Below, in pieces: positions 1 to 13,054 of a DNA stretch of 64,000 bases. Numbering within the stretch: the first letter of the stretch is position 1; the number at the start of each line of letters is the position of its first letter. Origin of the DNA: the human T2T-CHM13v2.0 reference genome, Homo sapiens. Under the pieces are notes generated by a model. That model saw only the letters and a list, made by a program, of their open reading frames with translations, searched no databases and was not told the origin of the DNA. A program made the position numbers and the translations under genes. The stretch is taken from the NCBI RefSeq assembly GCF_009914755.1, contig NC_060944.1; one strand, written 5' to 3'.

Positions 1-167
1 AAATAAGAGTGAGAATTCACTCTCTCCTTCGAGAATGGCACCAAAAAATTCATGAAGGATCCGCCCCCATGATCCAAACACTTCCTACCAGGCCCACCTC
101 CAACACTGAGGATCAAATTTCAACAAGAGACTTGGCAAGGCCAAACAAACCATATCCAAACCATAGC
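1..167 (-). mobile_element. MaLR LTR (MST family), cut by the window edge
   Basis: ccgcccccatgatccaaacacttcctaccaggcccacctccaacac...atccaaaccatagca is the reverse complement of an MST 5' end. Confidence 0.75.
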
Positions 168-1228
168 ACCATATAAATCTGGTTTAATATCTGCATTGAA
201 AATATGAATATGAATGCCTGCCATCATTCCTCAGGAACACAGAGTGAAAACTGAAATGCATGTGTGTAGTCCTTGGAGTTTCTTGGGAAGAAAGTCATGA
301 TTAGGCCTCAGTTGACATTACTGGGCCATCCCTCCCTTCTGAAGCAGCTCTACAAATCCATACACTCAGGTTTGGGCCATCCTCATTGCTCCATCCCCTA
401 AGACAGACCCTCCCCAGCTCTGACATGGAACAGTAATTACTTTCACTTGTCAAACTGTCGTTCAGGTATAATTTTGCAATGGTCCCGTCGGTTATAATTC
501 TCTGTGTTCTGAATTTTCTGCTTTTCTCACTGTGGTCCCTCATGATTCAAAAATAAGTCTTTCTAATGATTAGTGGTCTACCATAGCAATTCTTTTTGTT
601 TCTACTATTTGGGATTGTTCCTTTCTTCTGCTTATTAAAATGGTAATTAAATTTAATCCCACCAACCTACTCAGGGGAAAATAAAATCCAATATGCTTCT
701 ATTTCACATGCCAAATGACAGTTCCTGCCAGACTGTCACATAACTCAAACCAACCAGCCCCTTCTCTAGTGTTCCCTTCCTTCAGGCCAGACACACAGCT
801 TCTCATAATGAAGGTTGCTCTGTAAAACAGAAATTACATGCACCATTCAGAGAGCTCCAAAGTCACACTACAATAGAACTCCCTAGTTCTGAGTCATTGG
901 TGTCTAAAGTCAGTCTGATTTCATGAAAGTTCTGAATTATAGGAGATTGGAACTCTGGGGTCAGTACTTCAGGGTTATGAGGGCAGGCTCTGGAGAAAGA
1001 CTTGACTGGGTTCAGAAAGTGGCAGTGTGGCCTCTAAAGCCTCAGTTTTGTCCTCTGAAATATGTGATTATAGGGAGCATATATTCTGGGCAACTTGAAT
1101 CTGTGTTCCTGGGAAATTTAAAAAATTAAATATTAAAATTAAATACAGGAATTACAATTGTACTAACTTCATAGGGTTATTATGAGTATATTATCTGTCC
1201 CATTAATAGCGAAATAAAGGTTAACTGC

Positions 1229-1705
1229 TGTGATGGTTAACATCATGTGTCGACTTGACTGGATCGCAGAATGCCCACATATCTGGTTAAATGTTATTCC
1301 TGGGTATGTCCATCGGAGTGTTTCCAGAAGAAATTTGTATTTGAATCAGCAGCCTGGGTAAAGTGAATTGCCTTCCCCAACATGAGTGGGCATTATCCAA
1401 TCCATTGAGGGCCTGAATGGAACAAAAAGGCAGAGGAAGGTTGAATCTGCTCTCTGCTTAACTGCTTGAGCTTGGACATCAGTCTTATCTCCTGTTCTCT
1501 GCACTCCTGGCTCTCAGGTATTCTGACTCAGATTGGAATCCATACTTTCTCTCTGGTTCTCAGGCTTTTGAACCCCACAACTGGCTTGACTGGGTCTTTA
1601 GCTTGCAGATAGCAGATCATGGGACTTCTCTGCTTCCATAATTATGTGAGCCAATACCATACCTTATAATAAATCTCCTTTCTCCAGAGAACCCTGACTA
1701 GTACA
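1229..1705 (+). mobile_element. MLT2-family (ERVL) solo LTR
   Basis: Begins tgtgatggttaa...gacttgactgg; ends agagaaccctgactagtaca. Confidence 0.8.
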
Positions 1706-1890
1706 GCAGCCATGACTATTACTACTGGTATCAGTTCTATTTTTTCTACTGTAACCATTACTATGCAGATGATGCAAGGTATAGAGAATATGGGACACCT
1801 GGAATCTTGTGTCTGCTACTAACTGCTGAGACCTGGTATTTATTTTACAGGAGGAAACTTATAGTATAATATGAGTTTAAGAATTATACA

Positions 1891-2048
1891 AGCCAGGCAT
1901 GGTGGTGCACACCTATAGTCCCAGCTACAAGGAAGGCTGAGGCAGGAGGATCACTTGAGCTTAGGAGTTTGAGTCCAGGCTGGGCAACATAGTGAGATCC
2001 TGTCTCTAAAACTAACTACATGAATAAATAATAAAAATTAAAAATAAA
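1891..2048 (+). mobile_element. Free Alu monomer (FLAM-type)
   Basis: Single monomer plus A-rich tail; aagaattat on both flanks (TSD-like). Confidence 0.8.
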
Positions 2049-2989
2049 GAATTATGTAAATAAGAACACTCAACATTATAACAGTTTTTGGCTGAATTGG
2101 AGTCTCAAAACTACAATTTCAAGCTCTCAGTTTCCATGATTTTAAATACGTATAATTTTTTTAAAAATCTATCCAAATGAAAGACTTTCAAGTCTACACA
2201 TAGAAGAGCTTCAGGTACCAGCAAATGTCATAATGTACATTCATTGAGCACTACTAAGTGCCTACTTCTCTGCTAAGCCCGATTTATTCATTCATTTCTT
2301 CCTTCAACACACACAATAGTGATCTCTTAATATGTGCCAGGCCCTGGAGATAGCAGGCCAAACAAAATAGGCAAGATCCTTAATCTCCGGGGAAAGATAT
2401 CTTACTGGTGAAGAAGAAAGATAACAGAAAATAAACAGATAAATGAACGAGATAATTTCAGATGGTGAAAAAAATATGTAGAAAGTAAATCAGAGTCACA
2501 TTTTGGATGGAGTGATGACAACCCACAGCAGCCCAAACAAGGTACCTAATAATATTTTTTTAATGCTTAGGAAATCAGTGCTTAGAGAAACTAATAAATT
2601 TGACCAATTTTCACAACTAGTGGTCTGGACAGGGTCTACAATCCATGCTTGCCAAGTCCATAATCCAATCTCTTACCCATTACATAAACTGCCTTTGCAC
2701 ACACTCTATGATTTATGTCAAATTCCAAAGCTATCAATTCTCAGTTAATGAGGTCACACCTGGTGAAGGCCAGGCATGGCCAATCTCTGGCAGTGGGACT
2801 TTCTTCATAGGAACACAGAGCAGCTAGGGGTCATCAGCTATCTTTGCCACATAAAATCCAGCTTTTATTTATCTAAAACAAATACTCAACTCCTTCTGTT
2901 GTAAAATCAAAGAAGGATTTTTTAAAAAGAAACACAAAAGAAGAAATGCAAATTCAGAGTAAACACCCTTGGTATCTGTTCACTTCCTT

Positions 2990-3380
2990 TTAAAATCCAG
3001 TTTTAACAAAATACCCTGCTAAGTCAGTTTAGCAAAATCCTTCCACCTTGACATCTGATCACTCTCCATATCTGATCAGATTCTTCCTCCTCTTCCATTA
3101 TTCCTCAGGTATGTCTGATCATGCTGGACTGTCTTAAGCAAGAATCCCATTAGGTCAGTTTAGCCATCCTCCTTACCCAGATGTTTCCTCTTGGTAATTT
3201 TCCATCCACTCCTACTCTGCTCCTTGGCAATATAAATTACTACTGGTCCATGCTGTGTTCAGAGTTAAGCTCCATCTCTGTCCCTCACTGTGAAATCTCA
3301 TTGCTCGGTCCCTCTACCTATCATGATGGCCCTAAATAAAGTATTTTTTACTCTGCTTTAACGAATATCACTGAAACACC
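2990..3380 (+). mobile_element. ERV1 LTR remnant (MER31-like)
   Basis: Repeated gtcagtttagc and tctgatca motifs, gatgtttcctcttggtaattttccatccact, and an AATAAA at ~3335. Confidence 0.6.
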
Positions 3381-3570
3381 CTCCATTAACATGGGAACAG
3401 TATCTCGCAAGGATGAATCTTGGTGGAGACTGATAATCTGCAAAAACCAAGAATTCAAAGCATTCCAAGGAAAGCAAATATATCTGAACAGATGCACATA
3501 GACCGTAATATTCCTAAAGCAATTTAATATTTAATCTCTGAATGGATGAAAATTATCATAAAGTCTATAC

Positions 3571-3676
3571 CTGATAATATTCCACGGAAAACACTAGAAA
3601 CATGGTCTCAGAGGTCCAGAAGACAGTCATTAATTAGGCTTCTAAGTTTTCCACTTTCTCTAGAATGCATGAACAT
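3571..3676 (-). other. PAK5: 106-nt non-coding 5'UTR exon of PAK5, probably an alternative cassette exon
   Basis: Minus strand: tcattttgtttggttttAG|ATGTTCATGCATTCTAGAG...GGAATATTATCAG|GTatag. U-rich tract, canonical acceptor and donor; sequence recalled from a PAK5 transcript variant. Confidence 0.75.
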
Positions 3677-4459
3677 CTAAAACCAAACAAAATGATAGCT
3701 GTATCACTGTAAAAATAGAACACAGGCTGGTATGAAGGACTGCAAATATAAAGAAACATGGGTATTGGACATCATTTCAACTAAATAATATCAGCCAAAT
3801 AACATATAGTAGCTATCAAAGTTACTTTCCAATTTGTCTTGTCCAAAAGTTGAATTGATCTAATAAAACATGAAGCTATATAGGACAAAATAATACCAAA
3901 TCACTTAAATCACTGAGAGAAAATATACTCTGCATGAGAAAGCCAAAGAAAGAAAGCATCAGGATAAGCTGAGGGCTTGGGTGCATATATTTCATGTTAC
4001 CTTGTAATGACAATATGTCCTCACTAACTCACTATAAGTTCATTTCCCTGAGAAATGTTTAGGATGCAATTTTATCACCGATTTCCCTCCCATTAAGTAA
4101 GGTTCTGAATATGCAAATGATTTTTCATTTTAATTTCAGACTAAATCAGTAAACCAACACAAATCTATTTCTTACCAAGGTTTCAAAATAGAAGCAGCAG
4201 TACAATGGCAAAATAGGACACAAAGATGAAGAGCTAAGATCACAAGAGGATAGGGCTAAAGAGTCTCTGTATGGTGTCTTTGGTAACTTATAGTTCATTT
4301 CCAGGAAAAGATAGATATTTTCAAATGCAATCAGTCCAGTAAATTAGGGCCAACGAACCTGTGACCAGAGAAATTTCACTGGGTCAGAAATCTTTGTGGA
4401 GACTATAATTATATTGCTCAATTTTACTTTTACCTACACTAATGAACATTTAAAAAACA

Positions 4460-5040
4460 TTTTTTTTTTTGCCTGACCACATTCTTTGCTATGCTTCTGA
4501 TAATGGCCTCCTGATAATCCTTGCAGATCCTCTCTACCCCCGTTCTCTGTCAAGGTGGTTTGGGAGAAAGTAACTCCACTCTGATTTCTGACTCTAGGGG
4601 TGGGTTTGGACCCAGGTGGGAATACAAAAGCCACACATTCCCCAGGCAACAGTAATTAGACAAGGAACCGGTACTGGCACATGACCCACAAAGGTTATAT
4701 TAGAACTACTGAAATTCAATCCTGAGACTTTTGTTAGAACTATTGGGCTAGAGAGTATTTTTTGCTGGATTTTGAGATCAGTAGGATCTAAACCCAAGAG
4801 CTGTAGGGGGGCTGTCCATGTTGCCAGAAAAATAAGATAGCTTGCCCAAGAAAGAAAACTATACAGAAACACTCAGAGCTGAAAGATGGGGAAGAAATGG
4901 CACCAGGATAATGTTTTTGAGCTCCCGATCCAACTGTATTTCTGGATGCTTCTGCTATACAGGTCAACAAATTCCTAGTTTTCTTGATCCACTTTGAGTT
5001 GGGTTTCTGCCCCTTTCAAACAAAAGAATCCTGTTGAAGA
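4460..5040 (+). mobile_element. Old MaLR LTR (MLT1-family)
   Basis: ...caacaaattcct...tttgagttgggtttctgccctttcaaacaaaagaatcctg resembles an MLT1 3' end. Confidence 0.5.
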
Positions 5041-5990
5041 TACGCCCTGCTTCCCATAACATCCAGCTGCAAAGACAAGTTTAATCTATAGAAAATCTAT
5101 TCATTATTTCCTCCTCATAATATCAACTGTCATGAAAATGAATTTGAGAGTTAGAAATAAGTAGAAGGAAAGCTTATTTTCTTTAAATGCATTTTATAAA
5201 ACTCAGATTTCCCCTATATGCAGAAGGCCTCTCCTATTTCATTTTAGAGTCTAATTAAATTGGGCCACAACCTATTTTTATTGAAAGAGTTGTTTTTACT
5301 CACTGTGTCCATTCATTGATCTACTCCTCACCTCCTCCAAGGAGAAATGAAGGCAATATGTAACCCATGGGGCTGCTATTTGGATTAAAGGAGATGTAAG
5401 TCTCAGTAGGTCACAGAATTCTTATTGAATTCATTTGTTTAGTAAAAATTTATTGAGCAACTGTACGTGGAAGGTGCTATGCCAGATGCTCTAACTTAAC
5501 TAGATAAAATTTAGCCTCTTCCTTCCTGCCTCTTCCAGTCCAATGGGACAAAGAAGGAGAACAAAACACACATAATTAAGAAGCAAGGGGACCCATTTTA
5601 CAAAGTATGGACCAAGGCAGGCACAACAAAAGTGGAATCACCTCAGATGTGAATGTTGTCTTCTGAAGCTGTGTAACACGGAAGCCCTGAATATAAAGGA
5701 ACTGAATGGGGAGCCCTGAAATGAGAACCAGGGAAGAGCAGAACTGTAACACTCAGGTTCAACAATTAGAGTAACCCAAGGTGGTAAAGGAAGGCTCAAT
5801 GTTGGTGATGCAAAGCCCCTAAGCACCACTCTTCCTCCAGCCCTGATAGCTCTCCCCAAATTTCTTCTCTTTATTCTTTTAGGAACACCAGAAATTTTGA
5901 ACACTTTTCTGTTACTCCAAGTGGGAAACTCTAGAACCCATGGTGCCCTCTGGTGTGTAAAACAGGTTTCCTGTCCATACCAATGATAAT

Positions 5991-6337
<347 letters not shown>

Positions 6338-6897
6338 TTATTTTCAGAACACAATACTTTGTAGCCTGCCTAACCTGAGTATCCTATTGGCAATCACTGA
6401 TATGACCTAACTTTGGATCCCCCTCTTGCTCCACAATTTTAAAACACCTTCTCTACTATCCTAAACGACCTCAACTGATACATTCTCATCGAGAAAGCCA
6501 CCTGGGTTATTTTTGAGATCCTACTTCAGGCTGCTAACTGCCCAACATCCATTCTTCACTTTTTCCTGATCAAATACACTTTATCACTCAGTTAAAATTC
6601 ACTGACATTTACTGTTTATCCACACATACAGAGGACTAACACTTGCGTTTCTGCTCTCAGCATACTTGTTACATTCTCTTCTTTCTCCATGCAAAATTAT
6701 TTTTGGTTTGGGGTTTCTTGCAAGACAGACTCAAAATCATTTTGTATTATATATTCTCCAGCTTTCCCAAGTTTCAAGATAGCTATTCCTAAAAATGATC
6801 ATGGGCATGAACAACATTTTTGGGGATATAGAGTTCCAAATAATGCCATGGAAGATACAGCTTATCAACTGGTCCACCAGTACCCTACAAGAATGCA

Positions 6898-7198
<301 letters not shown>

Positions 7199-7589
7199 GC
7201 AATTACATTACATTACACAGTCAAATGATTTACTCTTAGGAATATTTTATCTTTCTGTTTCATTACAAGGTCAGTTGTAGCCTTACTTATGTTTCATTTT
7301 TCAACATTAGATGCGTTTATAATAACAGCTCCCTGCTTAATTATGTACAATTGAACACCTATAGTTATATCATCTTGTTCATTTGGAAATGACTTTGAGG
7401 GCAACTTAACACTCTGGCTCAATGCTCTTTTACCCACTGTACATGGAATGTTCTTGTCTACACTAATAAATTGCCCAATCAATAGCTCACAATTGACTAG
7501 CAGAAGATAAATTTTCTTTTCTTACAACAACTTCTAAAGGATCTCTGAAGTTTGGCAGGCACATGACAAGGGAGGCAACAGGTATAGAT

Positions 7590-8730
7590 GTAGCAAGCCT
7601 TATTAGTATCCACCCATATGCCTACTGACTTCCAACAGTCAGTATCTGTGTTTCTAAGGGCTTTTCCATATCATGGGAGTTTGGAAGTACAGAGAAACTA
7701 ACATTCTCTGGGAACAGCCTTCAACTAATGACTGATGGGAGTTGGTGTATAAATATCTCAGTTCCCTCCCCTTTGGGTGGACTGATTTGGAGGCATGAGT
7801 TTTATACCATTTCCCAGTTCCTCTATTTTAATACTCTAATTTTGGCAGCCTTTCTGCTATGATTTAGATGTACATGTCCCTCTGAAATTCACATGTTGGA
7901 ACTTAAACCTGAAGGTAAAAATACTAAGAGTCTTTAGCAGGTGATCAGGCCATCAGAGCTCCACTGTCATAGATGAGATTAGTGTCCTTATAAGAAAAGC
8001 TTAAGGAAGCAAGTTTATCCCTTTTTTACCCTTCTGCCATGTGAGGACACAGCATTCATCCTTTTCCCTCTGGAGGACATAGCAACAAGATGCCATCTTG
8101 AACAGAGGAGAAGCCCTTTCCAGACACTGAATCTGCTGGTGCCTTGATCTTGGACTTCCAAGCCTCTAGAACTATGAGAAATAAATTTATATTATTTAAA
8201 AACTACCCAGTCTAATGTATTTTGTTATAGCAGCAGGAATGGACTGACAGTTTCTGATATGGTTTGGCTGTGTCCCCGCCCAAATCTCACCTTGAATTAT
8301 AATAATCCTCACGTGTCAAGGGTGGGGCTAGGTGGAGATAACTGAATCATGGGGGTGGTTCCCCCATACTGTTCTCTTGGTAGTGAATAAGTCTCACAGA
8401 TCTGATGGTTTTATAAATGAGCTCCCCTGCACAATTAATCTTGCCTTCCGCCATGTAAGACGATCGTTTGCTCTTCCTTCGTCATCCACCATGATTGCGT
8501 GGCCTTCCCAGCCATGTAGAACTGTGAGTCCATTAAACCTCTTTCCTTTATAAATTACCCAGTCTTGGGTATGTCTTTATTAGCAGTGTGAGAACAGACT
8601 AATAAACTCCCCTTCCATGTGTTACTTGCCCTCTCTCTTAACGGTATTCCATGAACGTTCCAAGTAAACTACTTGCTCTCGAATCCTTGCCTCAAGGTCT
8701 GTTTCTGGGGGGGAAATCCTAACTAAAATA
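7590..8730 (+). mobile_element. Nested MaLR LTRs: old MLT1 interrupted by an MST/MLT1A-like LTR (~7855-8250) and a THE1 LTR (8255-8605)
   Basis: THE1 start tgatatggtttggctgtgtcccc at 8255 and end gtgagaacagactaata; MST-type gacactgaatctgctggtgccttgatcttggacttcc. Confidence 0.75.
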
Positions 8731-9092
8731 GAGGAAGTTAAAGGAATTACACTTAGAACTTGAGAAAATACTTTTTACCTTTTTTTTTGTGCTTGTAGAA
8801 GATTAATCTTAATCAATAGAGCAAGGCAGCACAATCTGCTATTTACTAGCCATAAAATGGGAATAATGATAACACCTAATTTATAAGCCTACTGCAAGAA
8901 TTAAATGAGATAGTGTTTACAAAACATATAACACAATATCTGGCATATAATACATGTTCAAAGAACTTGATTACTGCTCAATCATTGTTTTAACTCTGAG
9001 GCACATCTTTTCTTTCTATAACCAAACAAAAAACTGAACAAATACCTAGTATGTGCCATAATTCCATACTTTTTAAATATTAGACAGTTTCA

Positions 9093-9290
<198 letters not shown>

Positions 9291-10849
9291 TTCCAAAAAG
9301 CAGTTATGGTTTATCTAGAGAAGAATTGGCAGGACTGGAGTAATGGTGTCCTTAGCAGCATTAGAATGAGGTTAGGGTTTGAACCAGCACTAAAATTCTA
9401 CTTCCAAATGAAAAAACTTGAGGGTCTTTGCAGGAGACAAATCATATGCAATTTGGAGTGCACTGCAAAAATGGTCCCCATCCCTACCTGGGATGCTGTC
9501 CCATGTGTATCTACACGGCAATTTCCTCTCCTCCTTCAAATGTCACTTTCTCAATTATACCTATTCTGACCATCCTATTTAAAATCACGCCCTTCACTGC
9601 CACCCATCACAGCCCTTTTGATTTCCCTTATCCCACTCTATTTTATAAAGCACTGATGACCTTCTGGCATTCTATACATTTATTTATTATGCTGTTTCCT
9701 GTCTGTCTCTCCTTCTTTTTTTATCTTCTATGTTCACAGAAGAACATTTTTATCTTCTATATTCATTGATATGCCTCCTCATGGTACATGCCACCTGAAG
9801 TAAGCAGAATAGTACTCAAGGTGCAGCTGCTGAATGGGTGAGTGACTCGTTGGGAATGTTCATTGTAACATCTGTTTCCTATTTTTTAATCTAGTCTTTA
9901 CAGGAGAAAGCAGACATAAACAGACACTAGCCTAATAGACAGATCCAGTTATCTTGTTTTGATCCTACTAGTTAAGTGAGTAACTTAGAGCCAAATGTTC
10001 TTCTGTTTTACAGTGATACTCACAGTCATTGCACACCCTGGTCTTTGTAGAAAAGAAAATTCTTTTCAGTGGGTGGACTGTGCTCTGTGTTTAAAATAAA
10101 ATTGAGGTCTGAAAAGAAATGGGAAGCTACTGCTATCATCCTTCTATCCCAAGCAAATAAAAACTCTAGGGACAACTCTGGAATTTTCTATCTCACTTGT
10201 TTTTTATTATTTTTTAGTAAGGTACAGTGATATTGTTATTCTTAGTTGCCCTGGGTGATTCCAATATTGATTTTGAGATTTTTCCAGCCATTCTACAGAA
10301 TGCATATCATTTATAAGGTTCTACTTCACTGCTGTGAGCACAGTTGCATTGTGAAAGTTTTATATTTTCCAGATGATAATATCATATGAAATATGATACC
10401 ATCCTTTTGCGTTTTGATAATCCCTACCTCCAGCAAGCTTAAGACCATATGATTTCTTTTCCATTTCAGTTTAGTTCAAATAAAACACAACAGAAATTTT
10501 AAAAAAATTGTCCAGTGTTGAAAGAAATTTTGAAAAAGTAGTTGCAGCAGCCTATTTATGCAAATGTTTTTACCAAATATCTCTAAACTCTATACTTTTA
10601 AATAAAATTCATACCAGCATAAAGTCTTACTTCTAAATTTTTTTTCTAGGATAAAATTTTTAAAATGCATCTTTCTAAAATGTCATTTGCGTTATATTTA
10701 AATTATTAAATAAGTTGGTCCATATTTTTGGGAAGCAAAATTAAGAAGACACAATATATGAGGATAAAATGATCCAAAAATATAGAGCAATTCAAAGGTT
10801 ATAATTTGAATTATATTCACTCAAATTCAAAGGTTATACATTCAAGACT

Positions 10850-11170
10850 TTAATGACCAAGAGGGTAACATAAACAATTAAAATGGCCTGATTACAGGCA
10901 GTAGGGAGTGATGGGGACTGTGACAAAGTGAAGACTCCATGACTGATCCATGTTAAAGGCAGCTGTTACTCAGCTACAGCAAATGATTGCCATGAAGAAA
11001 CATGGTCAGTGTTGACAAATTTTGCAACTAAGTGTATGTGTCTGTATTTGTGTGTGTGATTTTTTGAATAAGAGAAGTCAGAAATCTAGATTTTTTTTTT
11101 TCTGGGAAATTTCACACTGTCTGTGTTAAACAGAACACATCTATACCACAAAATTAGACACTGCTCTAAA
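10850..11170 (+). mobile_element. MER102-like hAT DNA transposon fossil
   Basis: gggagtgatggggactgtgacaaa...gcagctgttactcagctacagc...agagaagtcagaaatctagatttt. Confidence 0.6.
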
Positions 11171-12642
11171 TTGACATAGTCAAATATTTAGTACCTAATA
11201 GAATTCACAGTGTTCTACACCTTTCAGCTTTAGAAGGATAGCTCAATTCAATTTCAAAGATAGTAAAAATCTCCAGTTTTCATATCCTGTTACCTAGGGG
11301 TTAGTAGGCTCTAACTGGTAAGTGATTCTTTCGACCAGTGTAGACTCCTAATATCCCAACACAGGAACTTGCCTTAGAAATCCAAACTGAAGCACACAAG
11401 GTAACTGCTGTCATAGATAGTATCCATATATTGCTTTAAAAAATCCCTGGCATTTATCATCCTAGAATCTTCTATCTCCGAGAATTCTGCCGCAAATATA
11501 TCTGACTAGAAGCCTGAAAAGCCCTTGGGACTCACCCTGGGGAACCTCTTGCTGGGATCACTCGCTTTGATTTATTTCTCTCCCAAACTTTCGATTTCTT
11601 CCTCATTTTATAGTGCATCTGTTGCTATGGAAACATTGGTGCCGAAGACTTGGGCAGAACCATATAAAACCCCAGCTTTCACTACACAAATCAAGGGATA
11701 ATTGAGCAGGAATCACACCACCAATTAGGCATATTCATACCAGGTCTGGGACAATAGAGCAGTAGGTGTTAAGCTGCATCTAGCAATCAAATAATTATTC
11801 TCAATGTTTTTCAAGAAGCTCAGTTTATTTACTCTATTGTGGGGAGGCCGGCTCTCAGCTTATAGTTTGCTTCACCACTTTCTCTCTTTTCCATGTGTTT
11901 AGAATCTCTACCTTATACCCATGTCCAATATTGGAATTTTTTTTCTTTCTCCAACCAGAAACAGGTAGAGGGTTTAATCTTTCTCTCTACCTCTTTTTTA
12001 TTCACAGAAAATAGAAAACCAGTATTAGTGTGAAACTAGTTTGTGTGTTTTTAAAGAAAATGGATGAGATAACTTTTAGATTAGCTGATTTTAGATTAGC
12101 CAATTTTTGTTTAGGACTCCAAACAGAACTTTTCTTATCTGCTGAGTTGCTGTATACCACAGCATTGATTGCCTTGGATTCAGATGATACAGGGTTTGAC
12201 TCAGCTTCTTGAATCTATCTAACTGCGTGATATTTTGCCTTGAGTGGCCTTTTAAATCATAGCACCGCCTTTTCACATTTGCATTCAAATTTTTTAGCCT
12301 GGGTAATATCCATTCATCCATAGACATTTATTAAAGACCTGACATGTGTAGGCATAAAGCCAGGTGCTGGGGATACAAAGGTGAAGAAACAAGATGCCTG
12401 CTTTCGAAGAGTTCCCAGTTTAGTGCAAGAAGGAAGCTAAAAAAAAATCTACAAAACATTGTGATGACTGTTTGAGAGGAACAATCCAGAACCATGTGGG
12501 AGGATTTTGGGGGAGGGGGAGGGTGGGGGAATGTGGTAGCTGTATAGAAAGTTTTCAATGAAGGTGTGATACTCAGATAACAGAAGATCATTTTGGAGGT
12601 AAGAATGAAAGAGAACAGATAGGAGGCTGACAGAAGATCTAA

Positions 12643-13054
<412 letters not shown>

